NCBI GenBank assembly: GCA_024639415.1
Contig: JAHEIK010000001.1
Coordinates: 1 to 29,094 of the forward strand
Length of the DNA: 29,094 bases
From: Planctomycetota bacterium
Lineage (GTDB): Bacteria; Planctomycetota; PLA2; JAEUHO01
Direction: 5' to 3'
How positions within the stretch are numbered: the stretch's first letter is position 1; the number at the start of each line of letters is the position of its first letter. Below the pieces are notes generated by a model. It ran no database searches, had not been told where the DNA came from, and was given only the letters and a program-made list of their open reading frames with translations. Of the stretch, positions 1 to 7,512 are shown one piece after another. The position numbers and the translations under genes are program-made.

Positions 1-10
1 CCGGCGGTGT

Positions 11-187
11 TCGGGCTTGTCCGGTTCGCGTGCGTGCCGCTGCGGTACCCGGGGCTCGAGGCCATCGGCCGGTGGCGTGGTGACGGCGCTGGAACGCGGT
101 TGGACTTCGGCGCATCACGGCCCGCGACCGCCGGAACGCAACAGGCTCGAATCCGCGCCATCCGGCCCAAAAAGTGAAATCGAGGGC
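11..187. repeat. Long direct repeat, copy 1 of 2 (177 bp, period 331 bp)
   Basis: Aligns without gaps to 342-518. Identical blocks: 11-24 (14 bp), 35-77 (43 bp), 102-173 (72 bp), 181-187 (7 bp). Variable slots of 10, 24 and 7 nt lie between them. Confidence 0.95.
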
Positions 188-188
188 T

Positions 189-218
189 GTTGCCGGTCCG
201 CGGAGCGGGCCGAGCAAC
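189..218. other. GC-rich hairpin immediately after repeat copy 1
   Basis: gttgc-cggtccgc (189-201) pairs with gcgggccg-a-gcaac (205-218), with one G-U pair, a 1-nt bulge and a 3-nt loop. Confidence 0.5.
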
Positions 219-341
219 TGCAGGTGACCGGGTGCGGTGCATCGTCCGGCCTGCGGGCGTCGTGCGCATCGAGCCCCGGTTCGGCCTGAGCGCAGCGAGG
301 GCCGTGCCTGTGGGTGTCCGCGGCGGCTACTCCCTGGATGC

Positions 342-518
342 TCGGGCTTGTCCGGATCGTAGCCATGCCGCTGCGGTACCCGGGGCTCGAGGCCATCGGC
401 CGGTGGCGCGGAAGTTGCGCCAGGCCGCCGAGGGACTTCGGCGCATCACGGCCCGCGACCGCCGGAACGCAACAGGCTCGAATCCGCGCCATCCGGCCCA
501 AAAAAGAACGACGAGGGC
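342..518. repeat. Long direct repeat, copy 2 of 2
   Basis: Identical blocks 342-355, 366-408, 433-504 and 512-518 match copy 1 at a constant offset of 331. Confidence 0.95.
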
Positions 519-544
519 GAGCCGCTACTCACGGCTCGCCCTCG
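500..544 (-). terminator. Perfect 13-bp hairpin, possible intrinsic terminator on the minus strand
   Basis: cgagggcgagccg (512-524) / cggctcgccctcg (532-544) with a 7-nt loop. On the minus strand it is followed by tcgttctttttt. The stem is certain. The terminator role is inferred, and the U-run is offset from the stem. Confidence 0.4.
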
Positions 545-676
545 CCTAGGTCGAGGCCCGGCAAAGGGGCTTTGGGCTACGGAAAAAGGGGGTTGTCCTC
601 GGTCGAACTGTGCGCCGAACCTCACGTGTGAGAAGGCAAGCTGCATGCCGCGAGCGCGCCGAATGCGCGCAATTGT

Positions 677-705
677 CGTAACCCATTCCATGAAAGTGGG
701 TTGCG
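677..705. other. Inverted repeat / stem-loop upstream of the ABC operon
   Basis: cgtaacccat (677-686) / gtgggttgcg (696-705) form 10 pairs as + strand RNA, including two G-U pairs, around a 9-nt loop. Confidence 0.45.
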
Positions 706-911
706 CACGACGGAATGGCACCGCGCCGGCTCCGGCCCTCGAAGGCTCCGTGGGACGACTGTGCGGAGGCGCACGCCTGCGCTCCTGAATCGAAAAAGGA
801 GGATGCCCGCTCGACTCCCGGAGCACGCGCCCGTGCCATCCGCAGCGGTTCGCGCGATATGCACGCTAGGCTCTCCCCACCCTGTCGCCGAAACACCGTG
901 GAGCCGGCCGC

Positions 912-2672
912 GTGCGCCAAGCCTATCGCCGGATCCTGCGCTACGTCCCGCGCTACAAGGTCCCCCTGCTGTTCGGCGCGTGCTGCGTCGTGGCCAGCAG
1001 GCTGCTCATGGTGTACGCCCCGCGACTCGTCGGCGAGGCGCTGAATGCCCTGGAGCGCGGCAGCCCAGAGGGCGTGGACGACGCCGTGCGGCTGGGATGG
1101 ACGTTCCTCGGCGTGTCCCTCGTTGCCGCCGTGTTCACGTTCGGCATGCGGGTCTTCCTCGTAGGCACGTCCCGGCGCGCCGCACGTGATCTCCAACGCG
1201 ATCTCTTCGCCCACGTCGAGCGCCTGCCCGCGACGTTCTTCGATCGCACCCGCACGGGTGATCTGCTCGCCCGGCTGACGAGCGACGTCGAAGCCGTGCG
1301 GTTCTCGCTCGGGCCGGGGCTGATGTACGTCGGCAGCACGATCGTGCTCTTCCCCGTGGCCGTGGCGAGCATGATGGATCTCTCGCTGACGCTCACCCTG
1401 GCGGCGCTGGGGCCGCTGCTCGCGATCATGGTGGTCGTGCGCGTGCTCGGTCCGCAGATCATGCGCCGCACGCGCGCCGTGCAGGAGTCCATCGGTGACC
1501 TGTCAGCGCGCGCGCAGGAGAGCTTCGCCGGCGCCCGCGTCGTACGCGCCTACGCCACGGAACCCGTCGAGGAGGCGGCGTTCGGCAACGAGAACGAAGG
1601 CCTCGTCCGGGAGACGCTCGCTCTCGCGAACTTCCGAGCCATGCTCACGGGCTCGCTGTACGTGCTGGGCGGCGGCGCGAATCTGGTCGTCCTCTGGTAC
1701 GGCGGCAGCCAGGTCATCGCAGGCACGCTGGATCTGGGCTATCTCGCGACCTACATGCTGTACGTGGGCATGCTGATCTGGCCCATGATCAGCGTCGGCT
1801 GGGTCGTGTCCGCTTTCCAGCGCTCGGCGGCGGCGATGGAGCGCATCGACGAGATCTTCGACCGGCCGGAGGAGTCGGCGATCACGTCGGAACCGGCGGT
1901 CGAGCTGGAGCGCATCCGGGGTGGGATCAGCGTCTCGGGCCTCACCTTCCGTCACACCGGGAGTGCGCGTCCGGCTCTGGACGATGTGAGCTTCGAGATC
2001 GAGGCCGGTCACACGCTGGCTCTCGTGGGCCCGGTCGGCGCAGGCAAGAGCACCCTGCTCTCGCTGCTCACGCGTGAGTACGAGCCGCCGCCGGGGACCG
2101 TCGCACTCGACGGTGTCGACGTCACCCGCATCCCCCTGGTCGTACTGCGTTCTGCGTTCGCGGTCGTGCCCCAAGACGCGTTCCTCTTCTCGACGACCTT
2201 GCACAACAACTTGGCCTACGCCCTGACCGGCGACCTCGACCCCGCCCGCGCGCGGGAGGTGCTGCAGATCGCCGGTCTGGACGAGGAGCTCGTCGGCTTC
2301 CCCAAGGGGCTGGAGACCGTGGTCGGCGAGCGGGGGCTGCAGCTCTCGGGCGGACAGAAGCAGCGCACGACCGTCGCACGCGCGCTGTTGCGCGAAGCGC
2401 CCGTGCTCCTGCTCGACGACTGCCTCTCCGCGGTGGACACGCAGACCGAGGCGCGCATCCTCGACGCGCTGCGCGAAGCGATGCGTCGGCGCACGGCGAT
2501 CGTCGTGGCCCATCGACTCTCTACCGTGCGAGATGCGGATCGCATCGTGGTGCTCGACCAGGGGCGCCTCGCCGAGATCGGCACGCACGCCGAGTTGGTG
2601 GAGGCCGGCGGCTGGTACGCCGAGACCTATGCAGAGCAGCGCCTCGAAGCAGAGCTGGAGGGGTTGGCATGA
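912..2672 (+). CDS. ABC exporter subunit (fused TMD-NBD), MdlA/BmrC(YheI)-like
   Basis: 586 aa. N-terminal multi-TM domain, Walker A GPVGAGKST, signature LSGGQKQR, Walker B VLLLDD (Asp in place of the catalytic Glu), H-loop VAHR. GTG start is approximate. Confidence 0.93.
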   Translation: MRQAYRRILRYVPRYKVPLLFGACCVVASRLLMVYAPRLVGEALNALERGSPEGVDDAVRLGWTFLGVSLVAAVFTFGMRVFLVGTSRRAARDLQRDLFAHVERLPATFFDRTRTGDLLARLTSDVEAVRFSLGPGLMYVGSTIVLFPVAVASMMDLSLTLTLAALGPLLAIMVVVRVLGPQIMRRTRAVQESIGDLSARAQESFAGARVVRAYATEPVEEAAFGNENEGLVRETLALANFRAMLTGSLYVLGGGANLVVLWYGGSQVIAGTLDLGYLATYMLYVGMLIWPMISVGWVVSAFQRSAAAMERIDEIFDRPEESAITSEPAVELERIRGGISVSGLTFRHTGSARPALDDVSFEIEAGHTLALVGPVGAGKSTLLSLLTREYEPPPGTVALDGVDVTRIPLVVLRSAFAVVPQDAFLFSTTLHNNLAYALTGDLDPARAREVLQIAGLDEELVGFPKGLETVVGERGLQLSGGQKQRTTVARALLREAPVLLLDDCLSAVDTQTEARILDALREAMRRRTAIVVAHRLSTVRDADRIVVLDQGRLAEIGTHAELVEAGGWYAETYAEQRLEAELEGLA

Positions 2673-4411
2673 AGAAGCCGCGCCTCCCGCTCTGGCGCCT
2701 GCTGGCCTACGTGGGCCGCCACCGCGGCCTCGTCGCCCTCAGCGTCGTGACCATGATCGTGGGCGCGGGGGTCGACCTGCTGCTGCCCGAGATCGTCAAG
2801 CGTACGGTGGATGGGCCGATCACCATGCGGCAGCCGGACGACCTGCCGCTCTACGCCTTGGCCGCGATGGCCGTGCTGGTCGCGGGGGCTGGACTGCGCA
2901 GCGCGCGGGCGATCATCTCCGTGCGCACGGGCAGGCTCATCGGCATGAGCCTGCGGATGGACGTCTTCCGCCACATCCAGGGCCAGGGGATGCGCTTCTT
3001 CGACCGCACGCCCGTAGGCGTCTTGACGACGCGCGTGACCGGCGACGTCGAAGCCATCGAGGAGTTCTTCTCATCGGGTGTCGCGGCCGTGTTCCACGAC
3101 ATCCTGAAGCTCGGGCTCATCGTCTGCGTGCTCTTCTACGTGAACGCCCAGCTCGCGCTCTGCGTGCTGGCCGTGGTGCCCCTGCTCATGATCACGGCCG
3201 CGGTGTTCATGCGCCGCAGCCGCCGCGACTTCGGCCGCGTGCGCACGGAAGTCGCCGCGACGAACGCGTACGCCACCGAAGCGATCGCAGGCATGAGCGT
3301 CACGCGCCTCTTCCAGCGCCGGCGCCACGCGACGCAGGTGTACGCGGGACACGCCCAGAAGTTGTGTGACGCGCACCTGGCGACGATGCGCAACTTCGCG
3401 TTCTTCTTCCCCGCCGTCCAGTCGCTCTCGGCCCTGGCCGTCGCGCTGGTGATCCACTTCGGCGCGGGCGGGATCCGCGGCGGCGGCTTCAGCTACGGCG
3501 AGTTCTTCCAGTTCTACCTGCTGATCGATCTCTTCTTCGAGCCCATCCGCACGCTCTCCGAGAACCTGAACATGATGCTGCAGGCGATGGTGTCGGGCGA
3601 GCGGCTGTTCGACGTGCTCGACACGCCGCCCGAGATCGAAGACCCCGAGAACGCCCGGGACGCAGCCGAGGTGCGCGGCGCGGTGCGCTTCGAGGACGTG
3701 CAGTTCGCCTACAAGGCAGACGAGCCGGTCCTGCGCGGCGTGTCGTTCGACGTCCCCGCAGGGTCGACGCTGGCGATCGTCGGCCCCACGGGCGCAGGCA
3801 AGTCGAGCATCCTGAACCTGGTGAGCCGCTTCTATGACGTTCGCGGGGGCGCCGTGCTGGTCGACCGAGAGGACGTGCGCTCGTACGCCGTGCGCAGCTT
3901 GCGCAGCCGGATTGCGATCGTCCTGCAGGACGTGTTCCTGTTCCGCGGCAGCGTGCTGGACAACATCCGCCTGTTCGACGAGGACATCCCGCGTGAGCGC
4001 GTGGAAGAGGCCGTTCGTGCGGTTCACGCCGACGAAGTGATCCGCCGCCTGCCCCAGGGGCTCGACGCGCACGTCGAGGAACGCGGCGCGAACTTCTCGG
4101 CGGGCGAGCGACAGCTACTGGCCTTCGCCCGGGCTCTCGTCCACGACCCGGCGATCCTCGTGCTGGACGAGGCCACGTCGTCGATCGACACCGCGACGGA
4201 GAAGCTCATCCAGGAAGCGCTGGAGGCCATGCGCAAGGACCGCACGACGATCGTGGTCGCGCACCGCCTCTCGACGATCAAGAGTGCCGACAAGATCCTC
4301 GTGATGCGCCGCGGCCAGGTCGCCGAGCAAGGCACGCACGAGGAGTTGCTGCGACAGGGTGGCCTGTACCGCAAGCTCTACGAGCTGCAGGTCCGGCACG
4401 AGAGCCACTGA
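2669..4411 (+). CDS. ABC exporter subunit (fused TMD-NBD), MdlB/BmrD(YheH)-like
   Basis: 580 aa. ATGA overlap with the upstream stop. Walker A GPTGAGKSS, degenerate signature FSAGERQ, Walker B ILVLDE, H-loop VAHR. Confidence 0.93.
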   Translation: MKKPRLPLWRLLAYVGRHRGLVALSVVTMIVGAGVDLLLPEIVKRTVDGPITMRQPDDLPLYALAAMAVLVAGAGLRSARAIISVRTGRLIGMSLRMDVFRHIQGQGMRFFDRTPVGVLTTRVTGDVEAIEEFFSSGVAAVFHDILKLGLIVCVLFYVNAQLALCVLAVVPLLMITAAVFMRRSRRDFGRVRTEVAATNAYATEAIAGMSVTRLFQRRRHATQVYAGHAQKLCDAHLATMRNFAFFFPAVQSLSALAVALVIHFGAGGIRGGGFSYGEFFQFYLLIDLFFEPIRTLSENLNMMLQAMVSGERLFDVLDTPPEIEDPENARDAAEVRGAVRFEDVQFAYKADEPVLRGVSFDVPAGSTLAIVGPTGAGKSSILNLVSRFYDVRGGAVLVDREDVRSYAVRSLRSRIAIVLQDVFLFRGSVLDNIRLFDEDIPRERVEEAVRAVHADEVIRRLPQGLDAHVEERGANFSAGERQLLAFARALVHDPAILVLDEATSSIDTATEKLIQEALEAMRKDRTTIVVAHRLSTIKSADKILVMRRGQVAEQGTHEELLRQGGLYRKLYELQVRHESH

Positions 4412-4437
4412 GACACCCTGCTGCCACGGCGCCCGTC

Positions 4438-4495
4438 CGTGAACGTGAAGGCGCCCGTCACCGTCACCGACGTGCTCCGTACCCGTGGCCGTTCC
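4438..4495. repeat. Degenerate CGTnnn hexamer tandem tract
   Basis: CGT begins at 4438, 4444, 4456, 4462, 4471, 4478, 4484 and 4490 (cgtgaa cgtgaa ... cgtcac cgtcac ... cgtacc cgtggc cgttcc). Confidence 0.6.
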
Positions 4496-4541
4496 CCACG
4501 CGCGTGGCCCACGCGCCCATCGTGGGCGGAGCCGCGTGTCC

Positions 4542-4568
4542 GTGAGGGCGAGATTGTGAGGGCGTGAG
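4542..4568. repeat. Dispersed 27-nt GTGAG motif, copy A
   Basis: gtgagggcga-gatt-gtgagggc-gtgag. The same layout occurs at 17714-17740 (+) and 12301-12327 (-), with a shortened copy at 12493-12516 (+). Confidence 0.75.
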
Positions 4569-4697
4569 ATGAGTAGGCACCCCCGAACCGACCCCGCTCC
4601 TGACCGTTGCACTGGGGTAGGGGGCCGTGCGTCCATCCGACAGGGCGTGCCGCCGATGACGGATTCCCGCATACTGGTGGGACGAGGAGGTGCTGCG

Positions 4698-7496
4698 ATG
4701 CGTACGTTCACTCTGGCCGGATTGCTCCTGCTCCTCCTTTTCTCGATGGGCCCCGGCAGCCTCGCCGTGGCGGACGACAAGCACGACCTCAGTGAGGCCA
4801 TGGCCAAGGAACTCGTGGCCAAGGCGGCGTCGGCATCCTCGCGCTACCTCAACGCCATCGTGGCACTCGGCGCGAAGTTGACGGCCAAGGACCTGACGGC
4901 AACGAACGTCGATGCGCCGATGACGGTCGTCGCAGCCGTGATGGGCGGCAAGGACCTGGATGAGCGCGACTTCAAGCTGCTCCCGACGGCCACACCGAAG
5001 GCCTTCGCCGAGGCGATCTATCCCGAGGAGGTGCGCGCCGGACAGCGCGTGCCGAAGCATGCCTACGCATCGATCGTGCACGGGGAGTACGTGTACGACA
5101 TCGACGTGAAGGTCAACGGGCGCACCGCGACGGGCGGCGTCCGCTTCCGCGCACCCGGCGCCTACGAGGGCTTCGTGAACTACACGGCCTTCCGTGACGC
5201 CGCGGGCTGGAAGGTCCTCGAGCTCTCGTTCCCGCACTCGCAGGTCCGCACGACGCTCGAGGCTGGACGCTGGCGTCTCCACCTGCCGGCATCGTTGACT
5301 GGTGCTCGCAGCGGGCGCCGCACCGATCTCGATCTCCCCCACGTCGGCACGCTCGGGCAGGTCCCTTCCGCAGGGCCGGGCCGTGTCGTGATTTCCGTCA
5401 CGCGCGAGGGCTGGCTGCGCGTGCCCGGGGTCGCCAAGCCCCTGAGCCTGCACGACCTGCAGCAGTACCTGAAGACGCGCACGCGCGACCCGGCCCTACG
5501 CGAGCCCGACGGCTCGAGCCGGGTTGATGCCCTGCTCGACATCGACAAGACGATCCCCTGGACCGTGACGCAGTGGATCATGCAGACGTGCGCCCACCCC
5601 GAGAGCAAGATCTACAAGATCTGGTTCGGCGCACAGACCCAGGACGGCGCGTCCGGCGCCATCGCGTCGATGCTGGGGAAGGACCGCGGGCTCGCGCCCA
5701 CGCCGGCGTTCCCGAGGGAGTTCATCAAGCACAAGCTCAAGGTCTTCAAGATCGCGCGCTTCAAGCAGCCGAGCGGCCTGCGCGCGCTGTACTGGGCGCT
5801 GAAGAAGCGCCATGACGCCTCGGCGCGGCGGCAGCGTCCCGAGGCCAAGTTCGAGATCGTCGCACCGCCGCCGAAGGGCGGCGCGGTGCCTCACGGCTAC
5901 GTCGTGCAGATGGTCGACGTCTGCCTCGCGGTCGGCGCCCGCGACATCATCTTCGAGGGGTCGGCCGCCCCGCTGCGGGGCCACCCCCTGCTCACGAGTG
6001 CGGAGGCGCTCAGAGGCCACATCGAGGAGCTTCGCAAGCGGCAAGGCGTGCCGCGGGTGCGACTCAACAACGACAAGGACTTCATCGCGCCCGACGACGA
6101 AGGCTTGGCACCCATGCCCGCCCGCGGACTGCTGACGCAGCGCTACGGCGCGGGCGTGAGCCTGCAGGCCGAGGTGATCGAGGAGGACCTCGAGGAGACG
6201 CCGGAAGACGACGGGGACCTGCCGTTCGAGGAGAGCTTCGGGGAGACGCCCGAGGGGCCGAAGCTCAAGGACGAACCCTTCGAGGGGCCCGCCGACAACG
6301 GCAGCATCGGCATTGGCGGCGGCGCAGGCGGCGCCTTCCGCGGCCGGGGAGGCCGGCGGGATCTGAGGCCCGACCTGAAAAAGCTGTGGGCGCGGCAGGA
6401 CAGGTCGGTCGACGCCGCCCTGCGCTGGCTCGCGGCGCACCAGGCCCCCAACGGCGGCTGGCCGGCTGCGGGCTTTGGCAACTTCTGCGATGGCAAGCCG
6501 GTGTCGACCGCAAGCAAGCGACCCGACGGCCTGGGCAAGTCGCTGTACGACGCAGGCGTGACCGGGCTGGCGCTGCAGGCGTTCCTCGGTGCGGGCTACA
6601 CCAACCGCGGCCGCCACCCGTACGCAAAGGTCGTCTCGCGCGGCCTGCGCTACCTGAAGAACATCCAGGATCCCGAGGGCTGCTTCGGACCGCGCGCGAC
6701 GCAGCAGTACATCTACAACCACGCCATGGGCGCACTCGCGATGGTCGAGGCCTACGGCATGACGCAGAGCCCGATCTTCAGGGGCTCGGCACAGCGCTGC
6801 CTGGACTTCATCGCGATTGCTCGCAACCCGTACTTCGCCTGGCGCTACGGCATCAAGCCTGGCGACAACGACACGTCCGTGACCGGCTGGATGTTCGCCA
6901 TCCTGACGAGCGCGGACATGATCAACCGCGATGCGATCAAGCACGGCAGGCAGGCGCCGCTCACGATCGACAAGGAGGCCTTCGCCGGAGCGCAGGCTTG
7001 GCTCGAGAAGGTGACGGATCCGGCCACCGGCCGCGTCGGCTACGTGCAGCGCGGTACCGGTCCCGCTCGCCCGCAGGAGCTGGTGGACAGGTTCCCGGGC
7101 AAGCGCTCGGAGTCGATGACCGCGGTCGGTGCGCTGATGCGCATCTACTTGGGGGAAGACCCGCGCAAGAGCAGCGTCCTCGCGAAGAGCCTCGCGCTCA
7201 TCGCGTCGAAGCCGCCGATCTGGAATCCCTCCTCGGGCGACATCGACATGTACTACTGGCACTGGGGCACGCAGGCCATGTACCAGGCGGGCGGCGAGCG
7301 CTTCCAGGCGTGGCGGAGCGCCATGACGAAGAGCATGCTCGACACCCAGCGCATGGACACGGACGCGTGCCAGTACAAGGGCTCGTGGGATCCGATCGGC
7401 CCCTGGGGTCTCGACGGGGGCCGCGTGTACAGCACCGCGATCATGGCGCTCTGCCTGCAGGTCCGCTACCGCTACGCGCGCGTGTTCGGCAAGTAG
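4698..7496 (+). CDS. Exported multidomain protein: unknown N-terminal domain, ExbD/TolR-like periplasmic domain(s), acidic/Gly-rich linker, prenyltransferase/squalene-cyclase-repeat alpha-alpha barrel
   Basis: 932 aa from ATG 4698 (SD gaggaggt at 4684-4691). Signal peptide MRTFTLAGLLLLLLFSMGPGSLAVA. ExbD-like segment DLDLP...VVISVTREG...DALLDIDKTIPWTVTQWIMQTC...KIYKIWF. Barrel repeats ALRWLAAHQAPNGGW and GLRYLKNIQDPEGCF, and C-terminal GSWDP..PWG..GGRVYSTAIMALCL. Confidence 0.8.
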   Translation: MRTFTLAGLLLLLLFSMGPGSLAVADDKHDLSEAMAKELVAKAASASSRYLNAIVALGAKLTAKDLTATNVDAPMTVVAAVMGGKDLDERDFKLLPTATPKAFAEAIYPEEVRAGQRVPKHAYASIVHGEYVYDIDVKVNGRTATGGVRFRAPGAYEGFVNYTAFRDAAGWKVLELSFPHSQVRTTLEAGRWRLHLPASLTGARSGRRTDLDLPHVGTLGQVPSAGPGRVVISVTREGWLRVPGVAKPLSLHDLQQYLKTRTRDPALREPDGSSRVDALLDIDKTIPWTVTQWIMQTCAHPESKIYKIWFGAQTQDGASGAIASMLGKDRGLAPTPAFPREFIKHKLKVFKIARFKQPSGLRALYWALKKRHDASARRQRPEAKFEIVAPPPKGGAVPHGYVVQMVDVCLAVGARDIIFEGSAAPLRGHPLLTSAEALRGHIEELRKRQGVPRVRLNNDKDFIAPDDEGLAPMPARGLLTQRYGAGVSLQAEVIEEDLEETPEDDGDLPFEESFGETPEGPKLKDEPFEGPADNGSIGIGGGAGGAFRGRGGRRDLRPDLKKLWARQDRSVDAALRWLAAHQAPNGGWPAAGFGNFCDGKPVSTASKRPDGLGKSLYDAGVTGLALQAFLGAGYTNRGRHPYAKVVSRGLRYLKNIQDPEGCFGPRATQQYIYNHAMGALAMVEAYGMTQSPIFRGSAQRCLDFIAIARNPYFAWRYGIKPGDNDTSVTGWMFAILTSADMINRDAIKHGRQAPLTIDKEAFAGAQAWLEKVTDPATGRVGYVQRGTGPARPQELVDRFPGKRSESMTAVGALMRIYLGEDPRKSSVLAKSLALIASKPPIWNPSSGDIDMYYWHWGTQAMYQAGGERFQAWRSAMTKSMLDTQRMDTDACQYKGSWDPIGPWGLDGGRVYSTAIMALCLQVRYRYARVFGK

Positions 7497-7512
7497 AGGT
7501 TCTCGCGCGAGC

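Noticed and set aside
43-60. Cloning-vector polylinker (cggtacccgggg resembles the pUC KpnI-SmaI junction, followed by an XhoI site)
   Set aside because: Only 12 bp match, the flanks do not continue as vector, and the sequence sits inside both copies of a GC-rich native repeat.
25-101. Diversity-generating retroelement TR/VR pair
   Set aside because: Mismatches are not adenine-specific on either strand (t/g, g/c and c/t changes all occur), and no reverse transcriptase is present.
102-173. tRNA gene suggested by ggctcgaatcc (T-arm-like)
   Set aside because: The T-stem has only 2 bp, the segment is too short, and there is no D or anticodon arm and no acceptor stem with CCA.
11-518. CRISPR array
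   Set aside because: The conserved blocks within a unit are different sequences of different lengths (43 and 72 bp), the period is 331 bp, and no cas genes are in the window.
791-1189. Small ORF at ATG 803 after aaggagg
   Set aside because: The SD-like sequence abuts the ATG with zero spacing, and the ORF overlaps the ABC gene out of frame with no protein-like features.
6408-7496. Squalene-hopene cyclase (shc)
   Set aside because: Only one barrel is present, in an exported protein, and DNDTS only loosely resembles the DxDDTA catalytic motif.
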